Source: Rhodothermales bacterium (GTDB lineage Bacteria; Bacteroidota; Rhodothermia; Rhodothermales; JBHHWM01). Taken from it: a stretch of 56,869 bases of DNA. A program made the translations under genes and the position numbers. Positions 8,268-17,201 of this stretch are shown piece after piece; position 1 is the first letter of the stretch; each line of letters begins with the position of its first letter. Where the stretch lies: assembly GCA_046756545.1 (NCBI GenBank), contig JBHHWM010000003.1:1-56869 (forward strand), given 5' to 3'. Under the pieces are notes generated by a model. The model searched no databases, was not told where the DNA came from, and saw only the letters and a list, made by a program, of their open reading frames with translations.

Positions 8268-9029
8268 TCAGCTACGCACTTCGTCTTCGGCGATCTGTCC
8301 GTCGCGCAGGATGACCAGGCGGCGCGCCCGCTCCATCACCATCGGGTCGTGGGTCGAGAAGAGGAAGGTGACGCCGGTTTTCTCGTTCATCTCCTTCATC
8401 TTGTCGAGCAGCCGAGCGCCGGTCTTGGAATCAAGGTTGGCGGTGGGCTCATCGGCCAGGATCAACTGGGGGCGCGAGACGAGGGCGCGCGCGATGGCGA
8501 CGCGTTGCTGCTGTCCGCCGCTGAGTTCGCGCGGACGCCGGTGCAGCAACTCCCGCCCGATACCGAGGTCGGCCAGTTCCCGGACCACCCGCTCGTGGCG
8601 CTCTCTGGCCGGGACTCCTTGCAGCAGCAGGTTGAATTCCGCGTTTTCTTCCGCCGTGAGCACGGGAATCAGGTTGTAGGCCTGGAAGATGAAGCCCAGG
8701 TTGTGCAACCGGAATTCGGCGCGTTTATTTCGGTTCATGGCGTCGAGATCCTGGCCGGCGATGACCACGCGCCCGGAGGTCGGCCGGTCCAACCCGCCGA
8801 TCAGGTTCAACAGCGTCGTCTTGCCCGAGCCGGACGGCCCGGCAATGGCCGTAAACTCGCCCGCCTCCACCCTGAAAGTGACATCGTCGAGCGCCCGGAC
8901 CGGCACGCCGTCCTTTTCGCGGTAAATCTTGACGAGGTTCGAGACATCGACGATGGGCGCCCGCCCGTCCACCGGCATCTCGACGGCGGGCTGCGTATCT
9001 ATAGAACGTTCAGACATAATGGATGGCAT
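8268..9029 (-). CDS. ABC transporter ATP-binding protein (LolD/MacB-type)
   Basis: GPSGSGKTT Walker A, GFIFQAYNL, LSGGQQQRV, ILADEPTANLD, FSTHD. Confidence 0.96.
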   Translation of the reverse strand: MPSIMSERSIDTQPAVEMPVDGRAPIVDVSNLVKIYREKDGVPVRALDDVTFRVEAGEFTAIAGPSGSGKTTLLNLIGGLDRPTSGRVVIAGQDLDAMNRNKRAEFRLHNLGFIFQAYNLIPVLTAEENAEFNLLLQGVPARERHERVVRELADLGIGRELLHRRPRELSGGQQQRVAIARALVSRPQLILADEPTANLDSKTGARLLDKMKEMNEKTGVTFLFSTHDPMVMERARRLVILRDGQIAEDEVRS

Positions 9030-10239
9030 CTACGGTTTCGAATCGGCTGGCCTTAAACGCCGGATAGAGGACGGCCCCCAGCACCATGACAAAGATCATC
9101 GCAATCCCGGTGATGATGTGGTTCCAGTCGAGATACGGATAGATCACGGTGCTGATGCCGAACGAGCCCAATCCTTCCGCAAAGGCGGACAAATCGAGCC
9201 CGACCGAACTCCAGTGCCAGATCATGGCAACGGCCAACACCCCTCCCACGGCAGTGCCCAGAAGCACGATGAAAACGGCTTCCAGGTAGAGCATCAGACG
9301 AACCTGGCGAGGCCGCACCCCGTTCGCCGACATGATCCCAATTTCCCGAATTCGCTCGAAAATGACCATCAGAAACGAGTTGATGATGGTAAACGCGATG
9401 GCGGTGAACAGGATGATCACCAGCAGGATGTTGGCTACGTCGTACATATCCTGCATCATCACCAGCATCGGCGAGCGGTCCCTCCAGGTCACCACTTCCA
9501 GCCCGGTGTCGCCCAGGCCGGCCCGCACCCGCTCGACTACTTCGTCGAGGTCGAGGTCGGGAGCCAGACGCAGGGTATAGGAGGATGCCTGCTGCGGCGT
9601 GTAGCCGATCAGGTCGCGAGCCGCATCCAGGTGCAGGTAAATACGGGTCTTGTCGAAGTCCGAACTGCTGGTGCGAAAGAGGCCGACGATGCGATAGGCC
9701 CCGGCGCTCACTTCATTGTCCAGGTCGTTCGCCATCAACACCACCTTTTCGCCCACCTGCACATTGAGCCGCTCGGCCAGCCCCGCCCCGATCAGCACTT
9801 CGTTCGTGCCGCCCTCCGGAGACAGGTAGCGCCCTTCGACGACCGAGGAGACCATCGACGTTACCTGCCCCTCGCGCCGGGGATCGACGCCGCTGATTTG
9901 CACCCCGGAGGCTTGTTCGGCGCTGTTGATCATCCCCGGCGTTACCGCCAGCGGCGCGTAGCGGACGCCGGTCATCTCGGCTAGCACCTCCTCCACCTGC
10001 TCCACATCGGGCACATACGATCGAATCGTGGGATTATCGGAATACCCCTCGGCGGTGATCTGGAGGTGCCCACCCTGCAAATCAATCGCCGAGTCGAGCA
10101 TCTGGATGGCAATGCCGTCGATGTAGGCCACCGCCCCCAGGAAGCTGAAGACACCGATTGCGACGGCGGAAATCAGCACCCACGACCGGCGGGGGTTGCG
10201 CCAGATGTTGCGCCAGGCAATTTTAGCAAGAATACTCAT
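9010..10239 (-). CDS. ABC transporter permease (FtsX/MacB/LolC-type)
   Basis: AWRNIWRNPRRS, large periplasmic domain, ERIREIGIM, four TM topology. Confidence 0.93.
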   Translation of the reverse strand: MSILAKIAWRNIWRNPRRSWVLISAVAIGVFSFLGAVAYIDGIAIQMLDSAIDLQGGHLQITAEGYSDNPTIRSYVPDVEQVEEVLAEMTGVRYAPLAVTPGMINSAEQASGVQISGVDPRREGQVTSMVSSVVEGRYLSPEGGTNEVLIGAGLAERLNVQVGEKVVLMANDLDNEVSAGAYRIVGLFRTSSSDFDKTRIYLHLDAARDLIGYTPQQASSYTLRLAPDLDLDEVVERVRAGLGDTGLEVVTWRDRSPMLVMMQDMYDVANILLVIILFTAIAFTIINSFLMVIFERIREIGIMSANGVRPRQVRLMLYLEAVFIVLLGTAVGGVLAVAMIWHWSSVGLDLSAFAEGLGSFGISTVIYPYLDWNHIITGIAMIFVMVLGAVLYPAFKASRFETVDAIHYV

Positions 10240-10256
10240 GTCGTGTATGAGGCAGT

Positions 10257-10344
10257 GGGAAAATGGTTATTGGAAAATGGGGAGCGGACGTCCAGCCATT
10301 CCACTTTTCCATTTCCCAATAACCATTTCCAATTTCCCATTTTC
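10257..10344 (-). repeat. Intra-operon palindromic element made of short (CC)ATTT(T)C / CCAAT units
   Basis: Arms 10259-10280 and 10309-10330 are 20/22 complementary; both mismatches become G-U pairs in the minus-strand mRNA. Confidence 0.7.
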
Positions 10345-10357
10345 TAAACACCATGTC

Positions 10358-11593
10358 CTACACCCTCCGCAGGGCTTCTACCGGGGCAAAACGCCGCATC
10401 TTGAGAATCGGGTACACCATCGCCAGCAAGGATACAATGGTCACCGACACCAGGGGGTAGACAAAAACCACCGGGCGCGCAGAAAACGAAATACCCTCGA
10501 TACTGAAGCCGAAGTCTTCGTAGAGTTGCTGTAACTCGCTGCCCAATGGAATGGGGTTGTCTTTGAGAAACAGCACCACCACGCCGGTAACAAGCAGGCC
10601 GGCAGCCAGCGCCAGGGCCACCTTGATGGCCAACTCCAACCCCACCAGCAGGCCCACCTGGCGCGGCTTCATCCCGATGGACATCATCACGCCGAACTCG
10701 CGCACTCGCTCCATCATGCTCATGGTGGTGGTGTTGAAAATTTCGAACCCGACCATGAGGAGCAAAAACATATAGAAGATATAATTCCCGGCGTCGTCCA
10801 GGGCTCGTGCCTGTTGCAGTTCGGGCATCAGTTCTTTCCAGGGCATCACCTCGTAGCTATCCTCCGGCAAGCGCTCCCGGAGCGCGGCGGCATAGCCCTC
10901 GGCCTGCCGAAAATCCCTCGTACGCAGCACGATTTCCGTAAAGCGATCCTCCATCGAAAAAAGATACTGGGCATCCGGCAGCGCCATGATCATCATGGCC
11001 CGGTCCACGTCGCCCGTCCCCGTTCGGATGAGCCCTTTCACCACATAGAGATCCGCCCCCATCGCGTTGCGATAGCCCTGGGTCAGCACCACCACCGAAT
11101 CGCCGACACCGACCGACAGGTTGCGCGCCAGCGTCTCTCCCAGCAGGACGGCGTGGTCGTCCTCCGGCGTCAGCAGCGTTCCTTCCACTGCGAGGTTGGC
11201 GAAGGTGCTTACCTGCCGTTCATTTTCAGGCTGGATGCCCAGAATCATCGCCCCGGCACTCGACGAGTCGGAGCTGACGAGCCCGAAGCCCGACAGGCGT
11301 TTGCTCGACGCCTCGATCCAGGGCTGCTCGTCGATGCACTTGGCCCAGTCCTGCTCGTATTCTTCCAGCGAATAGGAGAAGGTGCGTTCGTCCTGAAACC
11401 CGGCGCGATGCACCTGGAGGTCGCCGCTGAAGAGCCGCACGGAGATCTCTTCCATAGCGTCGTAGGTGCCGTATTGCACCGAATTGGCCAGCGAGATGAT
11501 GACGACGGCAAAGACGATAGCCCCCATCGTGATGAGGCTACGCCGCCGGTTGCGCCATACGTCGCGCCAGGCCAGTTTGAGGAGCTTGCGCAT
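10358..11593 (-). CDS. ABC transporter permease (FtsX/MacB/LolC-type)
   Basis: AWRDVWRNRRRS, ERVREFGVMMSIGM; paralog of 9010..10239. Confidence 0.93.
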   Translation of the reverse strand: MRKLLKLAWRDVWRNRRRSLITMGAIVFAVVIISLANSVQYGTYDAMEEISVRLFSGDLQVHRAGFQDERTFSYSLEEYEQDWAKCIDEQPWIEASSKRLSGFGLVSSDSSSAGAMILGIQPENERQVSTFANLAVEGTLLTPEDDHAVLLGETLARNLSVGVGDSVVVLTQGYRNAMGADLYVVKGLIRTGTGDVDRAMMIMALPDAQYLFSMEDRFTEIVLRTRDFRQAEGYAAALRERLPEDSYEVMPWKELMPELQQARALDDAGNYIFYMFLLLMVGFEIFNTTTMSMMERVREFGVMMSIGMKPRQVGLLVGLELAIKVALALAAGLLVTGVVVLFLKDNPIPLGSELQQLYEDFGFSIEGISFSARPVVFVYPLVSVTIVSLLAMVYPILKMRRFAPVEALRRV

Positions 11594-11606
11594 GGCTTTG
11601 TCCGTT

Positions 11607-12377
11607 TTAGCGAGACCGCCGCAGGTTCTGCTGGGTAAACACCGACCGGCTGATGGGGATGTCGAACCTCACGTCTTCGAGCACCAGGATCGTCTTTCGC
11701 CCCGGCTTCTTGTCTTCGATCAACTCCATCCGCAACGGGATGACACGGCCTCCCACCTCTTCGATCTCAGTGTAGAGCACCGTACGTATCCGCTCGCCCC
11801 GCTCGTTAAAGGACTCTGCGCGCAGCGGCACGTAATCGCCCACACGGACCCAGTAGAGCATGCGGTCCCAGGCGACGGGTGCGTCCGGCTTCGGGACGAG
11901 TTCAATCTTGTGGGCTTCGTCGCCCGCTACTTCCTCGCGTCCCAGCAACGTGTGCGTGTAATCGTCCACGATGCTCGACTCCCGCACCAGGTCGTCGTTG
12001 GTAAAATCGGAACCCATCCAGGACTGCAGCATCATCGAGGGAGGAATTTTGATGACCCGGTTGATGCGCGGCACGTACTGCCACATCTCCCGCTTGATTT
12101 TCAGAAACGACACCCCTCGCTCTTTGACCGGCTCTTTGACGCGAATGAACGCCTTGTCCGTGCCTTCCGACCAGTATTCGAACGCCATCGCACGCTCCCA
12201 ATCGGGGCGGACGATAATCATGCGATAGGTGCCGCTCTGCGTCTCGCCCCGCGTCAGGTCGTCCGACTTCTGCATGATGGAGAGGGCGGTCTCTTCTTGT
12301 GCCTGGGCCGGGCGCACAGCCGGGAACAGGGCACAACTCATCAGCAACACCAGGATACCTCTATGTAAACCTTTCAT
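11607..12377 (-). CDS. Outer membrane lipoprotein-sorting (LolA-like) periplasmic protein
   Basis: Signal peptide; ERGVSFLK...MWQYVP...SWMGSDFTNDDL motif typical of the LolA-like family. Confidence 0.9.
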   Translation of the reverse strand: MKGLHRGILVLLMSCALFPAVRPAQAQEETALSIMQKSDDLTRGETQSGTYRMIIVRPDWERAMAFEYWSEGTDKAFIRVKEPVKERGVSFLKIKREMWQYVPRINRVIKIPPSMMLQSWMGSDFTNDDLVRESSIVDDYTHTLLGREEVAGDEAHKIELVPKPDAPVAWDRMLYWVRVGDYVPLRAESFNERGERIRTVLYTEIEEVGGRVIPLRMELIEDKKPGRKTILVLEDVRFDIPISRSVFTQQNLRRSR

Positions 12378-12391
12378 CGAAGGTCCTCTTT

Positions 12392-13864
12392 CTATTGCGC
12401 AGACGTCTTTTCCAGAATCCAGGTGCCGATCACCTCCAAGGCTGCCGGAGCGAAGGTTTCTTCGATCCGACCATACTCGGCAAGCGACCCGGTCTCGGCG
12501 GTCTGAAAGAGGTGATTCAGGTCCGGAAACTCCACGATCTTGTAGTCCGCATGGCCACCTGCTTGCAACGCCTCCTCAATGGCTCGAAGGTTCTCTTTGG
12601 GCGGCACCTGCAAATCTTTCTCTCCGTTAACGGCCAGCACCGGACAGGTCACCTGTTCCAGCGTGGGACGGGGGTTGTAGGTCAGGAAGTACCGGAACCA
12701 GGGCGAATTGACCTGCATGATCTGCCTCAGCACGAGGGGTCCCACATCGTCGCCGGCAAAACCCAGTTCCTCTCGCTCTTGCTCGCTCATCGCCGCCAGC
12801 GTCTCTTCCATGATCGCGCGGAGCTTCCCGGCGGCGGCCTGGCTATCCGGCTCCTCCTTGAGCACTGCAAACATGCGCTCCTGGAGGGTACGATTCGCTG
12901 CGATGGCTTCTTCGCTGGTGCCGCCTACCCGGTTGATGAGGGCGGCCTGGCGGTACAGAATCTCCTCGCCCGTCAATCCGGGCCCGGCCATCAACACGAT
13001 GAAGGCCACATCGGACGACCGCACGGCCACCATCGGCGCGATGAGCCCTCCCTCGCTGTGCCCGGCCAGCCCGATCTGCGCCGGATTGATTTCCGGACGG
13101 CTTTTGAGGTACGTCACGCCCGCCAGCACGTCGCCGGCAAAATCTTCGCTGGTAGCCGTGGCAAAAGAGCCCTGCGACTGGCCGATGCCGCGATCATCGA
13201 ACCGGAGCACAGCGATGCCCCGCCGCGTCAGGTAGTCGGCCAGTACCAGAAAGGGGCGATGGCCGAGCAACGCCTCGTCGCGATCTTGCGGCCCCGAACC
13301 GCTGATGAGGATGACGGCTGGAAAGGGGCCTTCCGCGCGCGGCAGCGTCAGGGTACCGGCAAGCTGGATGCCGGCCTCCGCATGGTCGAAGACCACGTCC
13401 TCCGCCTCATACGGATAGGGTTCTTTCGGCTCCTGGGGACGCCGGAGTTCGGGAGCGTCGTCGGTACGTGTTAGCACCAGCGGCAGGGATCCGCCGCCCT
13501 GGGTCCACGTCCCGTCAATCGTCGTCCCGTCTTCGCTGATCCTCCCTTCATACACCGCAGCGGCCACTTGCACTTCCAGGCGGAGGCTGTCGTCTGAAAC
13601 GATCACCTCGCTCACGGGCACGCCGGTCGCGCCCTGGTCCGGGCTATCGAGGGTAGCCGTGAAGGTGCCGTCATCCTCCTTCGAAATATGGAACACGAGA
13701 CGCAGTTCATACCCCGGTCCCTTCAGCGTGCCGAGCCAGGTACCCTCGACACCGCCGTCAAATGCCGGCTGGGCGGGACATGGATAGGGCAGGCTACTCC
13801 CTGCTCCGAGCAACAGTGCCAGGCCCAGTATGAAACCCGGCACCTCATCTATCCTCTTTTTCAT
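12392..13864 (-). CDS. Secreted alpha/beta hydrolase (S9/S33-like) with N-terminal beta domain
   Basis: LISGSGPQDRD, FDDRGIGQS, GHSEGG nucleophile elbow, GEKDLQV, LNHLFQ. Confidence 0.9.
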   Translation of the reverse strand: MKKRIDEVPGFILGLALLLGAGSSLPYPCPAQPAFDGGVEGTWLGTLKGPGYELRLVFHISKEDDGTFTATLDSPDQGATGVPVSEVIVSDDSLRLEVQVAAAVYEGRISEDGTTIDGTWTQGGGSLPLVLTRTDDAPELRRPQEPKEPYPYEAEDVVFDHAEAGIQLAGTLTLPRAEGPFPAVILISGSGPQDRDEALLGHRPFLVLADYLTRRGIAVLRFDDRGIGQSQGSFATATSEDFAGDVLAGVTYLKSRPEINPAQIGLAGHSEGGLIAPMVAVRSSDVAFIVLMAGPGLTGEEILYRQAALINRVGGTSEEAIAANRTLQERMFAVLKEEPDSQAAAGKLRAIMEETLAAMSEQEREELGFAGDDVGPLVLRQIMQVNSPWFRYFLTYNPRPTLEQVTCPVLAVNGEKDLQVPPKENLRAIEEALQAGGHADYKIVEFPDLNHLFQTAETGSLAEYGRIEETFAPAALEVIGTWILEKTSAQ

Positions 13865-13877
13865 GAATCGTCTTTTT

Positions 13878-14846
13878 TTAGGGCTCCGCTTCCGAAGCTT
13901 GCGCGCCGTTCCCGGCGTCCGCCGGTGTCATCGGAACGGAGGGGCTAATCGTCCATACCGGACACGGAGCCGTGCGAACGACCCGTTCCGTCACGCTGCC
14001 GATCCAACCCCGTTCCGCGCCGGTGAGGCCCCGTGTAGCCATCACGATCAGGTCGGCCTCTTGTTCGTGAGCAAAGTCGAGCACTTCGTGGGGCGGTTGT
14101 CCGGTACGCACGGCACAGGTAACCGGAACGTCGGGCCCGCCGGTGTGTGCGGCGAGTTGCCGAAGCGCATCGCCGGACTGCGCCACGACGGCGGGATCGA
14201 TCTTCAGGAGGGTGAAGGTGGGAATCCCGGTGTCGCTAAAAAAGGGCACCAGTTGTTCTTCGGCTACAAAGAGCAGCGAGATGGTAGCTCCATACAAGGC
14301 CGCCAGGCGTTTAGCCTGCGCGAGCGCCTGACCGGAATGGGCCGAGAAATCGACCGGAACGACAATCCGCGCGACTTCCACCGGCTTTGCTTCTTGTTGC
14401 TCGCGGACGACCAGCACGGGACACGGTGCCGAACGCAAGACTTCTTCGGCAACACTGCCAAGGAGCAAGTGGCGCAGGCCGCGTCGTCCATGGGTGCCGA
14501 GTACGATCAGGTCGAAGCCGTGCCGCTCGGCGTGCGCTACGATGGCCGGTGCTTCGTGCTTCCCCTCCACCAACGCATACTCGAGATGCAGCGCCTCGCG
14601 TTCCTCGGGGCTACATGTCCCGAGATGCGTGTTCGTCGTCTCACGAAGTTGCCGAAAAAGCGCTTCTTCCTCCTCTGCCGACAGGCCGGTCGCCGGAGCG
14701 TAGTCGCGCCGCCCGGCCACTACATGCACCAGGTGAAGCTCGGCTTCAGAACGCCGGGCCAGGTCGAGCGCATAGGCACAGGCTGCATCCGCCGTCGTCG
14801 AAAAATCGGTTGGATGCAGGATGCGTTGTACGGATAGCGCAGCCAT
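13878..14846 (-). CDS. Universal stress protein (tandem USP domains)
   Basis: ILHPTDFS...LIVLGTHGRRG...LGSVAE and IVVPVDFS...MATRG...GSVTE. Confidence 0.95.
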   Translation of the reverse strand: MAALSVQRILHPTDFSTTADAACAYALDLARRSEAELHLVHVVAGRRDYAPATGLSAEEEEALFRQLRETTNTHLGTCSPEEREALHLEYALVEGKHEAPAIVAHAERHGFDLIVLGTHGRRGLRHLLLGSVAEEVLRSAPCPVLVVREQQEAKPVEVARIVVPVDFSAHSGQALAQAKRLAALYGATISLLFVAEEQLVPFFSDTGIPTFTLLKIDPAVVAQSGDALRQLAAHTGGPDVPVTCAVRTGQPPHEVLDFAHEQEADLIVMATRGLTGAERGWIGSVTERVVRTAPCPVWTISPSVPMTPADAGNGAQASEAEP

Positions 14847-14947
14847 GATTCATCCTTGTATTAGCACCCCATGATACAACAAGGTACGCACTGTCAACCA
14901 GAAGGTTATAGACGAAATGGTGCCGCACACCAGCTTTTCCGGGCAGG

Positions 14948-15889
14948 CTACGAAGGCACGGACGGCGCTTCACCGGCGGCTTGCCGGGAGGACGGCGGCT
15001 CGTCCTCCAGCAACGACCGCCCGAAGCTTTTACAGGTAAACACCGGACAGAGAGCCTGGCGCACTACATTCTCAGCCACGCTACCCATCACGAGTCGCCT
15101 CAAGCCGGTGCGTCCATGCGTGGCAATGACAATCAGGTCGGTGCCTTGCTGCGCGGCAAAGTCCACGATGTCGCGGGCCGGCACCCCGACGACTACATGC
15201 ACATCGTAGGATATCCCGCTCCCCGCAGCCTCCATCTCGTCTCGTAGCGCCTGCCGGACGCGCATCTTCACCTCGGGGGTGGCAATGGACACCGACTGCA
15301 CGCCATAGACTCCCGGCAGCGTCACGTCCGTGATCACGTGAAGCAGATCCAGATGGGCATCGTAGGCGGCGGCCAGTTCCCCGGCATGAGCCAGGGCCGA
15401 ACGAGTCGAGTCCGAAAAGTCCACCGGGGCCAGGATCCGCCGAATCGGCTTGTTTCCACCGGCTTCGGCTTTTGAACAGACGGTGAGGACCGGTCCTGAA
15501 GCGAGACGCACGATCTCTTCGGCCACACTGCCCAGCAACATCCGCCCCAGGCCGCGCCGACCGTGCGTGCCCATCACAATCAGGTCGATGTGGTGCCGAT
15601 CCGCATAGTCCAGGATACCGGTCGCTTCCGAATAACTGGTTTCCTGGTCGTGGATCACGCGCAGCTCGCCTTCCGCACGTCCACCGGCTACCGCGTCGAA
15701 AGGTACCGAGAAATCCACCTGTTCCAGGTAGTTCATGGGGTTGTCCGGATCTTTGGCACGAGGCACCACGACGTTCAGCACGTGGAGTTCGGCCTCGAAC
15801 TTCTCGGCCAGATGCGCCGCTTGCGAAAAGGCGTGTTCGGCACACTCGGAGAAATCGGTGGGAAAGAGAATACGCTTGATTCTAAGCAT
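14948..15889 (-). CDS. Universal stress protein (tandem USP domains)
   Basis: ILFPTDFS...MGTHGRRG...LGSVAE and ILAPVDFS...IATHGRTG...MGSVAE. Confidence 0.95.
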   Translation of the reverse strand: MLRIKRILFPTDFSECAEHAFSQAAHLAEKFEAELHVLNVVVPRAKDPDNPMNYLEQVDFSVPFDAVAGGRAEGELRVIHDQETSYSEATGILDYADRHHIDLIVMGTHGRRGLGRMLLGSVAEEIVRLASGPVLTVCSKAEAGGNKPIRRILAPVDFSDSTRSALAHAGELAAAYDAHLDLLHVITDVTLPGVYGVQSVSIATPEVKMRVRQALRDEMEAAGSGISYDVHVVVGVPARDIVDFAAQQGTDLIVIATHGRTGLRRLVMGSVAENVVRQALCPVFTCKSFGRSLLEDEPPSSRQAAGEAPSVPS

Positions 15890-16317
15890 GGCCTACCTCG
15901 TCTGGATATTGCCTGGACATCCTACCGCCTGCCTGTCGATCACCCGGTCCATTCGATGGCACGGCAAGAAACCGGCGCAGATTTCATGCTGCCCCCCATG
16001 GACCCGATCTATGATGCTGCTACCAGAATAAGAAGAACGACAAAAAAAGACTGACAGGCCGGCTGGTTCCTGTGTCTGAGGGGGAAACACGGCTCGGCTT
16101 TGCGAGGAAATCCTCCACAAAAAATGCAGAGAAAGATATTATCTTGCCACACAACACGGCCCGATGTCCTCCCGGCGTCATTCGGGAGATCCTTCGGAAG
16201 AACCCCCCGCGTTGGAGAGGGTATGAATCACGACCTGAGCTAGCCCGCTCAGCCGGCTGGAACGGTAAAGCCCCTTGCCTGTGACGCTGCCCAAAAAACA
16301 GAATAACAGCTACCTGT

Positions 16318-16728
16318 ATGATGGACAACCCGGATGTGCCCCCATCAAACGAAGAGTTGTGCGAAGAGGTACTGGCTACCCTTCGAGACATCGTGGGCGA
16401 CGATGATCCGGCGTTTCTGACCGCATTACTGGAAAGCTATCTGAACACGGCACCGGCACTGATGGCTCACCTCGAAGAAACCTATCGTCGAGGTGACGTG
16501 CGCGAGGTGGGGCATGTGGCACACTCGCTGAAATCGAGCAGTGCCATGATAGGCTGTTCCGCGTTCTCGTCGCTGTGCGGCGACGTGGAAGAAACGTGCA
16601 GGTCGGGACAGGTCGACATGCAGACGCTGGCAGCCAACATTCAGACCATTCGGACAGCCTACAGCGACGTGGAAGAAGCGCTGGAGATGCTCCTCCGATA
16701 CTTCGGAAAGAAGCCAGGCGAAGTATAG
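16318..16728 (+). CDS. Stand-alone Hpt (histidine phosphotransfer) protein
   Basis: [13 protein letters not shown] Hpt signature; 58/87 identical to the Hpt of the downstream kinase. Confidence 0.9.
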   Translation: MMDNPDVPPSNEELCEEVLATLRDIVGDDDPAFLTALLESYLNTAPALMAHLEETYRRGDVREVGHVAHSLKSSSAMIGCSAFSSLCGDVEETCRSGQVDMQTLAANIQTIRTAYSDVEEALEMLLRYFGKKPGEV

Positions 16729-17201
16729 CCTCCAAAAACAGGAGTCGAAGCGGTGCCCATGGACGGTCCTCGTTCCGCATCCCACGCGGTCCGACCATGA
16801 CGTTACAGCCTCCCTCCGGCCCCGGCAAATATTTCCTCCTATGCCCCGGCCGTCCCGTTATTTGCCGACAAGACCTCTCTTTCCATTTCCTCTATCCTGG
16901 GAACCTTTCCCAATAGTATATGGAGATTTTCCCCATACCGCCTCTCATATACAGCCCACCTACCTGTTCTCCCAGATCATGAAACGGTCTGATCCCGGAC
17001 GTACCGAAGAGATTCGAGGTCAAACCGGCGGACGGAAGGTTCCTCATCCGGGCGGCGGCTGCCACGGCTACCCGTCGTAGAAAATCCGGCAAAGCTTCCG
17101 TCCCCGCGTGCTTCGGCAACAAGCAGCACAGTATGGTACGATCCATGAGGTGTCAACAGGCACTTCCTCCATCCACCGCCGGGGGCCTACAGAAGACTGA
17201 G

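Noticed and set aside
17020-17110. gcaaagcttccg resembling part of a c-di-GMP-I riboswitch before the hybrid kinase
   Set aside because: No GGCAAAcc...GAAA...GGGAC first stem or matching tetraloop receptor could be built.
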